NCBI RefSeq assembly: GCF_000015805.1
Contig: NC_009073.1
Span: 1,470,001 to 1,502,000 of the forward strand
DNA from: Pyrobaculum calidifontis JCM 11548
Lineage (GTDB): Archaea; Thermoproteota; Thermoprotei; Thermoproteales; Thermoproteaceae
Reading direction: 5' to 3'
DNA: 32,000 bases
Below the pieces are notes generated by a model. That model did no database searches, was not told the origin of the DNA, and was given only the letters and a program-made list of their open reading frames with translations. Shown piece by piece: positions 15,658 through 25,432 of the stretch; position 1 is the first letter of the stretch, and each line of letters begins with the position of its first letter. The translations under genes and the position numbers were made by a program.

Positions 15658-16305
15658 GTGTCTGTCCAAGTCTCTAGGCGTGAGGTTCTAAAGGCCGCGG
15701 CCGCCACCGCGCTTGTCGCGATTATCCCAGCGGCTAAGGCAGAGACGCAGCAGAAGAGGAGGTGGGCCATGTTCATCGACGTCAGCAAGTGCTACGGCTG
15801 TTATGCATGTATGACCGCGTGTGCCGCAGAGAACAACGTCCCTATCGGCGTATTTAGGACTTGGATAGAGAGGTGGGCCACGAAGGGCGGCACTGTGATA
15901 TTTGTGCCAAAGCAGTGCAACCACTGTGAAAATGCCCCATGTGTAAAACCCTGCCCAACGGGAGCTACTTATAAGACGGAGGATGGGCTGGTGTTGGTAA
16001 ACGACGACTTGTGTATTGGGTGCGGCGCTTGTATACAGGCGTGCCCCTACGGGGCGAGGTTTTACAACCCCATAAAGGGCGTGGTGGACAAGTGCACCTT
16101 CTGCTCCCACAGAATTTACCAGGGCAAACTCCCCGCCTGTGTGGAGACTTGTCCCACGGGGGCTAGAGTATTCGGCGACTTAAACGACCCCGAGTCCCCT
16201 GTCTCTAAGCTTGCAACGCAGGCCGGCGTCCAGAGGCTCAAGGTGCAGACGGGCGCAGAGCCGATGATATTCTACAAGGACCTGCCAGCGGAGGCGGGGC
16301 TATGA
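15658..16305 (+). CDS. molybdopterin oxidoreductase iron-sulfur subunit (four [4Fe-4S]; TtrB/PsrB/NrfC-like) with twin-arginine signal
   Basis: The Tat-like motif SRREVLK is followed by a hydrophobic stretch and AKA. Four Cys clusters are present: CYGCYACMTAC, CNHCENAPCVKPCP, CIGCGACIQACP and CTFC...CVETCP. Confidence 0.9.
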   Translation: MSVQVSRREVLKAAAATALVAIIPAAKAETQQKRRWAMFIDVSKCYGCYACMTACAAENNVPIGVFRTWIERWATKGGTVIFVPKQCNHCENAPCVKPCPTGATYKTEDGLVLVNDDLCIGCGACIQACPYGARFYNPIKGVVDKCTFCSHRIYQGKLPACVETCPTGARVFGDLNDPESPVSKLATQAGVQRLKVQTGAEPMIFYKDLPAEAGL

Positions 16306-17435
16306 CATACCCATTCGTGACGTACCCATTCGGCTACCTATACCCCAACGAGTTTGTGGAACCTGTGGTTTGGTTGCCCACGGTATTTGCCTACTCGCTC
16401 CTAATCTCAGGCGCCGACTTGTTAATCCTCGCAATGGTTGGCTATGTGTTGGGGAGACTGAAGAAGGCTATTCCAATGCTGTTAATAGCCGGCATATCCT
16501 TCTTCGCCACAGTGTTGCTTGGGCCTTTGGCCGATTTGAGAAACCCCGACAGAGCCACGCTGATGTTCGTCCACCCACACCTCTCCCCCACTGAGGCAAA
16601 CCCAGGCGTTTCACTTATCGCGCTACAAGGCGCGGTGCTGTGGACAACAGCCTTCCTACTCGCCGCCGTGTTTACACTCCTCTACTTCTCCTACCCCATG
16701 TACAAGAAGTACTTGGCCACTAGGAACCCGCTTTACAGGGTCCTGTCGCTTGGAGTTTCTTCAGAAGCCAGATACGCCGCGGTCGGCAAGGCGCTTAAGG
16801 TGCTGGCGCTTGTGACCATCATACCGCTGGCCTTCTGGGCTGTGTACCCTGCCACCCTGTTTGTAATGCAGACGAGCAACTTTGTGTGGAACAACTGGAC
16901 CCTCCTGCCCGCCATATATTTCGCAGACGTATTTCTGACTGCCACCGCCATCGCCATCCTGTTACACTGGGCAGTGAGGTGGGGCAAACCGGATCGGGAG
17001 GTGCTGTCTCCCCTCCTCTCAATCCACGGGGCAGCGGCCATGGCGGTTACGGCTCTGCTGTTGTTGCAGGTGGCCATATGGGGGAACAAATTCGGTGGGT
17101 CTTTCTTCTACAACTCGCTTCAGCCCATAGTGGAGTGGATCTACTACGCCGTGGCCCTCTTCCTAGTGACCTTCGTCCTCTCCGCCGCCGCCCAGCGTTT
17201 TACGCCGCTTTCGCTGGTAGTGCCCATCACCGGGTTTGCAGGCGCCGTCGTAAACAAGTGGAATATTATCCTCAACGCCCAGTCTGTGTCAAAAACGGGC
17301 GCCGGCTTAATGCCCGTAGACGTCGGCCATCTATTAGCCGAAATTCCCATAATGGCCGCAATAGTGGCCTTTGGAGTGTTCATACTCGCAGTGCTGTCAA
17401 TGATATTCCCCCTGGAGCTGAGAGGCTATGAATAG
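16302..17435 (+). CDS. NrfD/PsrC/TtrC-like integral membrane quinol-interacting subunit
   Basis: 377 aa, strongly hydrophobic with multiple predicted transmembrane helices. ATGA overlap with the Fe-S subunit. It sits between the B and A subunits. Confidence 0.82.
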   Translation: MTYPFVTYPFGYLYPNEFVEPVVWLPTVFAYSLLISGADLLILAMVGYVLGRLKKAIPMLLIAGISFFATVLLGPLADLRNPDRATLMFVHPHLSPTEANPGVSLIALQGAVLWTTAFLLAAVFTLLYFSYPMYKKYLATRNPLYRVLSLGVSSEARYAAVGKALKVLALVTIIPLAFWAVYPATLFVMQTSNFVWNNWTLLPAIYFADVFLTATAIAILLHWAVRWGKPDREVLSPLLSIHGAAAMAVTALLLLQVAIWGNKFGGSFFYNSLQPIVEWIYYAVALFLVTFVLSAAAQRFTPLSLVVPITGFAGAVVNKWNIILNAQSVSKTGAGLMPVDVGHLLAEIPIMAAIVAFGVFILAVLSMIFPLELRGYE

Positions 17436-19857
17436 GCGGACATATATAAAGGCCCTAGCCGCCGCGGCGTCGCTCGGCGTATTCCTCTGGGGATACTGGC
17501 CAGTGATAGATAAAATCATTAGCCCCAAGCGCCAGCCCTACGGGCCTGACTCACAAGCCGGCAAAAACGTAAGATATGTACACTCCGTGTGTCTAGGTTG
17601 CAACGTCCGCTGCGGCATCAGAGCTAGAATTGTGAACTACAACGGCGTGGAGGTGATCGAGAGAATTGAGGGCAACCCGTACCACTTGTATAACAGGGCT
17701 GTCTCGGTAGACAAACAAGTGAAGAGGTACGAACCACTGCCCTACAGCACGCCCGTGAAAGAGGCGTTGGAGAAGTGGAGCGGCACGCTATGTCCAAAGG
17801 GCGTAGATGGCATCCACTACGTGTACGACCCCTACAGAGTGTTAAAGCCGCTTAAGAGGGCGGGGCCGAGGGGTAGCGGAAAGTGGAAGGAGATCACGTG
17901 GGAGCAGTTGATAGACGAGGTAGTCAACGGCGGCGTAATAGAGGAGACTGGGGAGAGACTGCCTGGGCTAAAGGAGTTCTTTGTCTACGGCAAGTTGAGG
18001 GAGGCCGGGTTTGACCCCAACGCCGTACTCAGCGAAATGAAGAAGGACGTGGACAACATCTTAAGCATCGCCAGGGATCCCAAGACGACGTACGACGACG
18101 TGGTTAAGGCCATTGAGGAGTTTAAGGCCAAGTGGCAGCAACGCCTCGGCGAGAGGGGGCTGAAGCTCGAGGACGTGTTAATTGACCCAGATAGGCCCGA
18201 CTTAGGCACAAAGGCTAACCAAGTGATGTACCTGAGGGGTCGCGGCCAGTCTAACACCGACGACTTTTCACAACGCTGGATATACGCATTTGGCAGTGTA
18301 AACTGGACTAGGCACACCTCTGCATGTCAGCTCGGATACTACACGGCAAATAGAATCTGGGCTGGCTATACTGACTTACAGGGAGACGCCATGGGCGCGA
18401 AGGTGATCATAGGCGCTGGGTGGTCTATGGGGAGACTTCACCCCGGCGCAACTGGGCAAGGATTTATCATTGAGAGAGCGTGCGAAGGTGAGCTGAAGTT
18501 GTACTACGTGAACCCGGTGGCGCCTAGAACCACGTGTAGAGACAACATCGTGTGGGTGCCCGTTAAGCCTGGCGAAGACGCCGCGCTGGCCTTTGCCGTA
18601 ATTAGGTGGATAATTGAAAACAAGCGCTACAACGAGGAGTTTCTGTCTATACCTAACTCCGCCTCGGCGAAGAAGCTGGGCTACCCCGTTAACACCAACG
18701 CCACGTGGCTAGTGATAGCGGAGGGTAGCCGCTTCGGCGAATTCCTAAAGGCCAGAGACGTAGGCATCGAAAACTCCGACAAGCCCGTGGTGTGGACTGG
18801 GGAGAAGTTTGCCACATACGACTCTGTGGACAAGGCCAACCTCTACTACGTGGGTAAAGTGACGCTCCCCAACGGCGAGACTGTCACTGTGAAGACGGCC
18901 TTCATGATTCTGCGCGACGAGGCCTTCGGCAAGTCGTTTGAGGAGTGGCTTGCCATAGCTAGCCCCTACGCTGTGGGGACGCCAGAGTTTGCCGATTACG
19001 TCAAAGTAGTTGAACAAATGGCTAAGGACTTCGCCGATGCTGCACCAGCGGCGTCGACGATTGTCCACAGAGGCGCCGGCATGCACCCCAATGGAGAGTA
19101 CATAGTCTGGGCCTATAGGATGTTAGATACTTTAGTAGGGAATTTCCACAGAAAAGGCGGCATATTGGGTCGCCCGTCAACTACGTCGTATAATAACTAT
19201 GTTTATGACGCAGGAACTTCTGGCTTTGGCGAGCCCGTGAGGTGGGGGCCGCCAATTGATAGACATGGATATGCCTATGAGAATACGTTGGAGTACTGGC
19301 TGAGGGTCAAGAAGGCCCTTAAGGAGGGTAAGACTGGCGAGGAGGCCGTAAGGGCTGCGTATCCCACTAAGAGGCCGTGGTATCCGCACACGCCTGAGGA
19401 GAGCTACACAGAGATCTTCGCCGGCATTGCAGAGGGCTATCCCTACAAGATAGGCGCCTTAATTATGTTCTATGCGAATCCTGTACTTTCGGCAAACTAC
19501 GGCGTTAAATTTGTGGAAGTGTTGAGAGACCCGGCCAAGGTGCCGCTCTTTATCGCCATAACTACCACCATCAACGAGACCATGATGTACGCCGACTACA
19601 TTGTACCCGACACGACGTATCTCGAGACGGGCACCATGGGCGTACAGTACCTCTATGCAACTGGCGGCGGCGTAGTCCGCGCAGAGGGCTGGCGCTCGCC
19701 AGTGATAATGCCGTTGACGCAACGCATAGGCGACTGTCCCAACGGCCACCCGAGGTACGCCAGCTTCTGGGAGTTCTTCATTGATGTGGCTAAGAAGCTG
19801 GGTATGCCGGGCTTCGGCGATAAGGCAATTCCGGGCGCAAAGGGGAAGAAGTACTAG
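17428..19857 (+). CDS. molybdopterin oxidoreductase catalytic subunit, N-terminal 809 codons (ends at an in-frame TAG)
   Basis: Tat-like NRRTYIKALAAAAS. FS0 [4Fe-4S] motif CLGCNVRCG...CPKG. Candidate Mo-ligand region HTSACQLGY. The ORF terminates at TAG 19855-19857, but the MopB fold is incomplete because the C-terminal dinucleotide-binding domain is missing. Confidence 0.85.
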   Translation: MNRRTYIKALAAAASLGVFLWGYWPVIDKIISPKRQPYGPDSQAGKNVRYVHSVCLGCNVRCGIRARIVNYNGVEVIERIEGNPYHLYNRAVSVDKQVKRYEPLPYSTPVKEALEKWSGTLCPKGVDGIHYVYDPYRVLKPLKRAGPRGSGKWKEITWEQLIDEVVNGGVIEETGERLPGLKEFFVYGKLREAGFDPNAVLSEMKKDVDNILSIARDPKTTYDDVVKAIEEFKAKWQQRLGERGLKLEDVLIDPDRPDLGTKANQVMYLRGRGQSNTDDFSQRWIYAFGSVNWTRHTSACQLGYYTANRIWAGYTDLQGDAMGAKVIIGAGWSMGRLHPGATGQGFIIERACEGELKLYYVNPVAPRTTCRDNIVWVPVKPGEDAALAFAVIRWIIENKRYNEEFLSIPNSASAKKLGYPVNTNATWLVIAEGSRFGEFLKARDVGIENSDKPVVWTGEKFATYDSVDKANLYYVGKVTLPNGETVTVKTAFMILRDEAFGKSFEEWLAIASPYAVGTPEFADYVKVVEQMAKDFADAAPAASTIVHRGAGMHPNGEYIVWAYRMLDTLVGNFHRKGGILGRPSTTSYNNYVYDAGTSGFGEPVRWGPPIDRHGYAYENTLEYWLRVKKALKEGKTGEEAVRAAYPTKRPWYPHTPEESYTEIFAGIAEGYPYKIGALIMFYANPVLSANYGVKFVEVLRDPAKVPLFIAITTTINETMMYADYIVPDTTYLETGTMGVQYLYATGGGVVRAEGWRSPVIMPLTQRIGDCPNGHPRYASFWEFFIDVAKKLGMPGFGDKAIPGAKGKKY

Positions 19858-20937
19858 GGGCAGTGGTTCTCGCTACACTGTGCCTGGGAGTACATCATGC
19901 GGATATACGCAAACGCCGCACTCCACGCCAAGGACCTCAAGTTGATTCCGGAGAATGTGCCAGACGAAGAGGTGAAATACGTGGAGGACAACTACCCAAT
20001 TGCCCGCTTTAAGGACATCCTGCCGTCTGATGAGTGGAGGTACGTGGCCTACGGCCTAGCCCGCGGCGGAGTATTTACGAAGTACGATGACTCCTTTGAC
20101 GAAAGGGGCATTTCTAAGAGGGGCGTGCCCGGCAGAGGCACACTATATCTGTGGAGCGAAGACGTTGCAAAGACGAGGAACAGCGTAACTGGCGAAAAGT
20201 TCTGGGGTGGGCCTAAGTACTTCCCCATTGCCACCTACGCGCCGGCAGGACCCGCCTTCCAGAAAGTGGACAAGTGGCTGTCTGGAACTCCGCTGAGGCA
20301 ACTATATCCGCCGAGCGAGTGGCCGTTTATGGTCGTATTCTACACAGGCCCGCTGTTTACTAAGCACCGTAGCCAGTTCTACTACTGGGTGAAGCAGGTG
20401 GCGCCTGAGAACTTCGTGCTTATCAACCCGGTGGATGCGGCTAAGTTGGGCATAGAGACTGGCGACGTGGTGCGGGTTGAGACGCCGGCGGGCTTCTTCG
20501 AGGCGCCAGCCGTGGTGGAGGCGACGGTGGCGCCCGGCGTCATAGTGGTGCCGTATGGAATGGGCAGGTGGGCCGACACTGTGGTAAAGAAGCCCGCCTA
20601 CTTTGCGCTGAAGGGCCCGTTGGCGAAGTTTGTGGAAGAGCTTCCAGACCGCGTGGAGATTCCAGAAGACGCGGTAAACCCAGTCAAGAACTTGCCCGAC
20701 TTAGTTAAGAAGATCCTGTTTACCAAGAGCCCCGCCGACTACTACAACGGCCTCGCCGTAGATGAGTGGAGGTTTAATGGAATTACGCCAAATGTGGCCG
20801 AGATGTTGGACCCGTCGTTGGGAGAGTGGCCTCTCTTGAGCTGGCTGGGCGCATCGCAGGCATATTTCGACACTCCGGCCAAGGTCAGCAAGACTGGCAA
20901 GAGGCACGAGTTCAAGGTGCCGTACATCGTCTGGTAA
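19858..20937 (+). CDS. molybdopterin oxidoreductase catalytic subunit, C-terminal portion (same frame as 17428..19857)
   Basis: The 13 stop-free codons after the TAG lead into ORF-track 19897..20937. This part contains the MopB C-terminal molybdopterin-dinucleotide-binding domain pattern (FVLINPVDAAKLGIETGDVVRVETPAGFFEAPAVVEATVAPGVIVVPYGMGRW). There is no separate TATA box. Confidence 0.8.
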   Translation, partial: GQWFSLHCAWEYIMRIYANAALHAKDLKLIPENVPDEEVKYVEDNYPIARFKDILPSDEWRYVAYGLARGGVFTKYDDSFDERGISKRGVPGRGTLYLWSEDVAKTRNSVTGEKFWGGPKYFPIATYAPAGPAFQKVDKWLSGTPLRQLYPPSEWPFMVVFYTGPLFTKHRSQFYYWVKQVAPENFVLINPVDAAKLGIETGDVVRVETPAGFFEAPAVVEATVAPGVIVVPYGMGRWADTVVKKPAYFALKGPLAKFVEELPDRVEIPEDAVNPVKNLPDLVKKILFTKSPADYYNGLAVDEWRFNGITPNVAEMLDPSLGEWPLLSWLGASQAYFDTPAKVSKTGKRHEFKVPYIVW

Positions 20938-20944
20938 TCCACTC

Positions 20945-20953
20945 TTTTTTAAA
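20945..20953 (+). promoter_or_regulatory. TATA-like box / T-run (also a likely terminator for the upstream operon)
   Basis: TTTTTTAAA lies ~24 nt upstream of the GTG at 20971 and 8 nt after the oxidoreductase stop. Confidence 0.45.
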
Positions 20954-20970
20954 CCCCTTCCTTTTCCTCT

Positions 20971-21441
20971 GTGCGTCTTAGGGTGTTCTCCCAGCCCCGG
21001 GTTCCCCGCGTGGAGGTCCCCGAGTTTGAGGTAGAGTGGCTCACCTTTGACGTAGATACGCGGCCTTTTCTCGACCCGTTTAGGGTCCAGTGTAGGGCGG
21101 ACGTGGCGGTTAAGGCGCTGGCGCAGGGGCGGGGCGTGCCGACTGTGTTTGTCCTCGACTGCGACGGCTACTACCCCGGCCTCAACTTTGTCTTCGGCCT
21201 GGCTGTGCCCGAGCTTATGACTGCGGTGGTCTTCACGGCGAGGCTCCGGGGCGCGAGGTTTGAGGAGAGGCTGGCGAAGGAGATTACCCACGAGGCGGGG
21301 CATCTCTACGGCTTAGGCCACTGCGACGACCCCCGTTGCGTCATGTACTTCAGCAATTCCATCTATGACACTGATAGGAAAACGCCGTATTTCTGCCAGC
21401 GTTGTAGGCGCCAGCTCCTCCGCGCTAGGCCCTATTTTTGA
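20971..21441 (+). CDS. amzA: archaemetzincin (peptidase M54 family zinc metalloprotease)
   Basis: HEAGHLYGLGHC (HExxHxxGxxH) is followed by the Cys motif CVMYFSN...FCQRC. 156 aa. Confidence 0.85.
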   Translation: MRLRVFSQPRVPRVEVPEFEVEWLTFDVDTRPFLDPFRVQCRADVAVKALAQGRGVPTVFVLDCDGYYPGLNFVFGLAVPELMTAVVFTARLRGARFEERLAKEITHEAGHLYGLGHCDDPRCVMYFSNSIYDTDRKTPYFCQRCRRQLLRARPYF

Positions 21442-21910
21442 GGTACTGCAATAGGCCGCCCGCCTTTAGGATTTCTAGGGGGAGGCCGGCTAGGGGCTTT
21501 CCCTGTATTGCCTCGCCCGTGGTTAAATTCCTCACGACGCCCCCCGTGAGGTCTACCTCGAGCTCGTCGCCTTCTCTCACTTTAGCCCTCACGCCTGGCG
21601 CTTGGAGGACGGGGAGGCCCACGTTTATCGCGTTGCGGTAGAATATGCGGGCGAAGGACTCCGCAACCACTGCCAAGACGCCGGCGCCTTTCAGCGCTAT
21701 GGCTGCCTGCTCGCGCGAAGAGCCCATGCCAAAGGCTCTGCCCGCCACAAGTATGGCGCCCTTGGCCTTTTTGGGGAACTCGGGGTCTATGGGCTCCATG
21801 GCGTGTTGGCCCAAGATGGCGGGGTCTGTGTACACGAGGTACTTGGCCGGTATTATGACGTCTGTGTCTATCTTGTCTCCGTAGACTATTGCCCTCCCTC
21901 TTATGAGCAT
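21425..21910 (-). CDS. leuD: 3-isopropylmalate dehydratase / homoaconitase small subunit
   Basis: 161 aa with YGDKIDTDVIIPAKYL and GMGSSREQAAIALK, both typical of the LeuD/HacB swivel domain. Its 3' end overlaps amzA by 17 nt (convergent). Confidence 0.9.
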   Translation of the reverse strand: MLIRGRAIVYGDKIDTDVIIPAKYLVYTDPAILGQHAMEPIDPEFPKKAKGAILVAGRAFGMGSSREQAAIALKGAGVLAVVAESFARIFYRNAINVGLPVLQAPGVRAKVREGDELEVDLTGGVVRNLTTGEAIQGKPLAGLPLEILKAGGLLQYLKNRA

Positions 21911-21928
21911 GGAGGAGGGGGTTCATCC

Positions 21929-21964
21929 CTATATATATTTGAGGGTGGGAAAGGTTTATATATA
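21929..21964. promoter_or_regulatory. divergent promoter region with two TATA boxes (leuD and leuA-like)
   Basis: AAATATATATAGG reads on the minus strand (21940-21929), ~28 nt from the leuD ATG at 21910. TTTATATATA reads on the plus strand (21955-21964), ~40 nt from the GTG at 21999, which implies a short leader. Confidence 0.5.
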
Positions 21965-21998
21965 GCCTTGTTCTGGGCCTTATGGTTTCGGGGCTCGG

Positions 21999-23135
21999 GT
22001 GGTGAAAATCTTCGACACCACTCTTAGAGATGGCGAGCAGATGCCTGGGGTCGCCCTGACGCCCGAGGAAAAGTTGCAAATTGCCCTGGCCCTCGACGAG
22101 GCGGGGGTAGACATGATTGAGGCCGGCTTCGCCGCTGTGTCGAAGGAGGAGGCGGCGGCCGTTAGGCAGATCGCCAGGGAGGTGTCTAGGGCGGAGGTGG
22201 TGAGCCTCGCGCGTATGACTAAGTCTGACGTAGATGCGGCTGTGGCCGCCGACGTGGATGTGGTGCACGTGTTTATAGCCACGTCCGACGTCCACATGAA
22301 GTACAAGTTGGGCATGACAAGGGAGCAGGTTATAAGGGCTGTGGAGGAGGTGATCCCCTACGCCAAGTCCCACGGGGTGAGAGTTCTCTTCAGCGCGGAG
22401 GACGCCACTAGGAGCGACTTGGACTTCTTAGTCGAGGTGTATAAGACGGCCATTGAGGCTGGGGCTGACGAGATAAACGTCCCCGACACGGTGGGGGTCA
22501 TGACGCCGAGCAGAATTGCGTTTCTGGTGAAGTTCCTAAGGGAGAGGTTGCCCCCGGTCCCCATGCACGTGCACTGCCACGACGACTTCGGCATGGCCGT
22601 GGCCAACACTATAACGGCCATCGAGGCGGGCGCTGACGTGGCGCAGGTGGTGGTGAACAACTTTGGGGAGAGGGCGGGCAACGCGGCTTTGGAGGAGGTG
22701 GTTGCGGCTCTGCACTTCTTGCTGGGTTATAAGACCAATGTTAGACTTGAGATGTTGTATGAGTTGTCTAGGCTTGTGTCAAGGCTGTTCGGCGTGCCTG
22801 TGCCTCCCAACAAGGCGGTGGTGGGGGACAACGCCTTTAGCCACGAGGCCGGGATCCATGTCCACGGGGTTTTGAACAACCCGTTCACATACGAGCCAAT
22901 GACGCCGGAGGCGGTCGGCAATAGGAGGAGGATTGTCTTGGGGAAGCACTCGGGGAGGCATGCCGTTGTGTGGGCGTTGAAGAACATAGGCGTAGAGCCT
23001 CACGACGAGTTGGTGAACTACGTCTTGGAGCAGGTGAAGGAGCTCGCCGTTAGAAAGGTGAGGATAGACGAGGAGGTATTGAGGGAGGTTGTTCATGCTT
23101 ATATGCGGGCTTCTTCTCGCCCATATGCCGTATAA
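21999..23135 (+). CDS. leuA: 2-isopropylmalate / citramalate / homocitrate synthase family enzyme, short form without a C-terminal regulatory domain
   Basis: N-terminal [11 protein letters not shown], then [17 protein letters not shown] and [14 protein letters not shown]. At 378 aa it lacks the LeuA allosteric domain. Substrate specificity cannot be decided from the sequence. Confidence 0.85.
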   Translation: MVKIFDTTLRDGEQMPGVALTPEEKLQIALALDEAGVDMIEAGFAAVSKEEAAAVRQIAREVSRAEVVSLARMTKSDVDAAVAADVDVVHVFIATSDVHMKYKLGMTREQVIRAVEEVIPYAKSHGVRVLFSAEDATRSDLDFLVEVYKTAIEAGADEINVPDTVGVMTPSRIAFLVKFLRERLPPVPMHVHCHDDFGMAVANTITAIEAGADVAQVVVNNFGERAGNAALEEVVAALHFLLGYKTNVRLEMLYELSRLVSRLFGVPVPPNKAVVGDNAFSHEAGIHVHGVLNNPFTYEPMTPEAVGNRRRIVLGKHSGRHAVVWALKNIGVEPHDELVNYVLEQVKELAVRKVRIDEEVLREVVHAYMRASSRPYAV

Positions 23136-24102
23136 GGTGTTGGTCATACCGGGGGACGGCATAGGCCCGGAGGTGGTGGAGGCGGCCATGTACGTGGTAA
23201 ACGCCGCCGCGGCCAAGTTCGGCGTGGAGCTTGAGGTGAAGACCGCGGAGGCTGGGGACGCGGCTTTGCGTAAATACGGCGTGGCCATGCCGCCGGAGAC
23301 TTTGAAGCTGGCCGACGCCGCCGACGTAATTTTCAAGGGCCCCATTGGGGAGTCTGCGTACGACGTGACGTCGCTTATTAGGATGAGGTACACCCTCTAC
23401 GCCAATATTAGGCCTGTGAAAGATCTGCCCGGCGTGCCCGCCGTTAAGCCCATAGACTGCGTCTTTGTGCGAGAGAACGTGGAAGACGTATATGTGGGGG
23501 CCGAGTACAAGGTGGGAGACGTGGCCATCGCACTGAAGGTCATCACGGGGCAGGGGACGAGGCGCGTGGCGAGGGTGGCTAGGCGCTACGCCGAGGCTAG
23601 GAAGAGGAGGGTAACGATTGTCCACAAGGCCAATGTGTTGAGGGTGGTGGATGGCTTCTTCAGAGATGTGGCCCTCGAGGAGCTCAGGGGGCTGGAGGTG
23701 GACCAGATGTACGTCGACGCCGCGGCGATGGAGCTCGTGAGAAACCCCTCCCGCTTCGACGTAGTCCTCACCACTAATCAATACGGCGACATTTTGACAG
23801 ACTTGGCGGCGCAGGTGGCCGGCGGCATTGGCCTAGCCCCCAGCGGCAACATAGGCGACAACAAGGCCATGTTTGAGCCTGTACACGGCGCTGCTTTCGA
23901 CATCGCGGGGAAGGGCGTGGCGAACCCCATAGCCACTATACTGTCGGCGGCCATGATGTTCGAGTGGCTGGGCAGAAGAGACGCCGCCGAGGCAATTAGA
24001 GCCGCCGTAGAAAAATCTATAGAGGCCGGCTATAAAACTCCAGACATAGGCGGCAAGTATAGTACAAAAGAAGTGGGAAAGTATATAGCTTCAATCCTTT
24101 GA
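23125..24102 (+). CDS. leuB: 3-isopropylmalate / homoisocitrate dehydrogenase
   Basis: The N-terminus [14 protein letters not shown] and the segment [23 protein letters not shown] are typical of beta-decarboxylating dehydrogenases. The ATG at 23125 overlaps the leuA-like stop by 11 nt. Confidence 0.9.
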   Translation: MPYKVLVIPGDGIGPEVVEAAMYVVNAAAAKFGVELEVKTAEAGDAALRKYGVAMPPETLKLADAADVIFKGPIGESAYDVTSLIRMRYTLYANIRPVKDLPGVPAVKPIDCVFVRENVEDVYVGAEYKVGDVAIALKVITGQGTRRVARVARRYAEARKRRVTIVHKANVLRVVDGFFRDVALEELRGLEVDQMYVDAAAMELVRNPSRFDVVLTTNQYGDILTDLAAQVAGGIGLAPSGNIGDNKAMFEPVHGAAFDIAGKGVANPIATILSAAMMFEWLGRRDAAEAIRAAVEKSIEAGYKTPDIGGKYSTKEVGKYIASIL

Positions 24103-24138
24103 ATATAGATTGGCGAAGTATACCACGAGGTAGAATCA

Positions 24139-24146
24139 TTATAAAG
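24139..24146 (+). promoter_or_regulatory. TATA-like box
   Basis: TTATAAAG lies 27 nt upstream of the ATG at 24167. Confidence 0.5.
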
Positions 24147-24166
24147 AATCCAAGACATGCGCCATT

Positions 24167-25432
24167 ATGTCGCAAAACGGGCAATTCCTTGAGTATACTT
24201 TGCAAGTAATTAGGAGAGGTGTGGAAATGGGCGGATTCCCAGAGGACTTTTACAAACTGTTATCAAGGCCAAAGCGGATAATACAAGTCTCAATACCTGT
24301 GAAAATGGACAACGGCAGCTACGAAGTGTTTGAGGGCTACCGTGTTCAACACAACGACGCTCTTGGTCCTTTTAAGGGTGGTATTCGTTTTCACCCGGAG
24401 GTGACTTTGGCTGATGATATTGCTCTTGCCATGCTTATGACGCTTAAGAATAGCCTCGCGGGCCTGCCCTACGGCGGGGCTAAGGGGGCTGTGAGAGTGG
24501 ACCCGCGGAGGCTCTCTAGGCGGGAGCTTGAGGAGTTGGCTAGGGGCTACGCGCGGGCTGTGGCGCCTCTCATAGGCGAACAGTTGGACATCCCAGCCCC
24601 AGACGTGGGCACAGACTCCCAGGTAATGGCCTGGATGGTAGACGAGTACTCTAAGCTGGCGGGGAGAAACGCCCCAGCAGTCTTTACCTCAAAGCCCCCC
24701 GAGCTCTGGGGAAACCCAGTCAGAGAATACTCCACAGGCTTCGGCGTGGCAGTAGCGGCAAGAGAAGTCGCGAAGAGGCTATGGGGAGGAATAGAGGGAA
24801 AAACCGTCGCCGTCCACGGCGCCGGGAATACGGGGGCTTGGGCGGCCTATTGGCTTGAGAAAATGGGCGCCAAAGTCGTGGCCATTTCAGACACGAGGGG
24901 CACCGTGGTGAACAAGGCGGGCATACCGGGCGAGCAGATCCTCAAGGTCTACATGGAGAAGAAGAGGGACAAAAGCGCCACAGTGCTGGCGTTGGAGGGG
25001 GAGAAGATAGCTGACTCCAACGCCTCGCTCTACCAAGACGTGGACATCTTGGTGCCTGCCGCTATTGAGAATGTGGTTAGGGAGGATAATGTGGGGTTGG
25101 TTAGGGCTAGGTTGGTGGTGGAGGGGGCTAATGGGCCCACTACCCCTGGGGCTGAGAGGAGGCTGTATGAGAGGGGGGTTGTGGTGGTGCCGGATATCTT
25201 GGCTAACGCGGGCGGCGTGATTATGTCTTATCTGGAGTGGGTGGAGAATTTGCAGTGGCTGTTTTGGGACGAGGAGGAGACTAGGAGGAGGCTTGAGGCC
25301 ATAATGTCCAACAACGTGGCTAGAGTATACGCCAGGTGGGAGAAGGAGAAGAGCTGGACCATGAGAGACGCAGCAGTAGTCACAGCCCTAGAAAGAATAT
25401 ACAACGCCATGAAGACAAGGGGGTGGATCTAG
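24167..25432 (+). CDS. gdhA: glutamate dehydrogenase
   Basis: 421 aa with [14 protein letters not shown] and the GAGNTG dinucleotide motif, characteristic of the Glu/Leu/Phe/Val dehydrogenase family. Confidence 0.95.
   Translation: MSQNGQFLEYTLQVIRRGVEMGGFPEDFYKLLSRPKRIIQVSIPVKMDNGSYEVFEGYRVQHNDALGPFKGGIRFHPEVTLADDIALAMLMTLKNSLAGLPYGGAKGAVRVDPRRLSRRELEELARGYARAVAPLIGEQLDIPAPDVGTDSQVMAWMVDEYSKLAGRNAPAVFTSKPPELWGNPVREYSTGFGVAVAAREVAKRLWGGIEGKTVAVHGAGNTGAWAAYWLEKMGAKVVAISDTRGTVVNKAGIPGEQILKVYMEKKRDKSATVLALEGEKIADSNASLYQDVDILVPAAIENVVREDNVGLVRARLVVEGANGPTTPGAERRLYERGVVVVPDILANAGGVIMSYLEWVENLQWLFWDEEETRRRLEAIMSNNVARVYARWEKEKSWTMRDAAVVTALERIYNAMKTRGWI

Noticed and set aside
19855-19857. Reading the in-frame TAG as pyrrolysine.
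   Set aside because: Pyrrolysine decoding needs the pylT/pylS/pylBCD genes. It is known from methanogens and a few bacteria, not from Thermoproteales, and nothing in the window suggests that machinery. A nonsense mutation, a sequencing error or read-through is more parsimonious.
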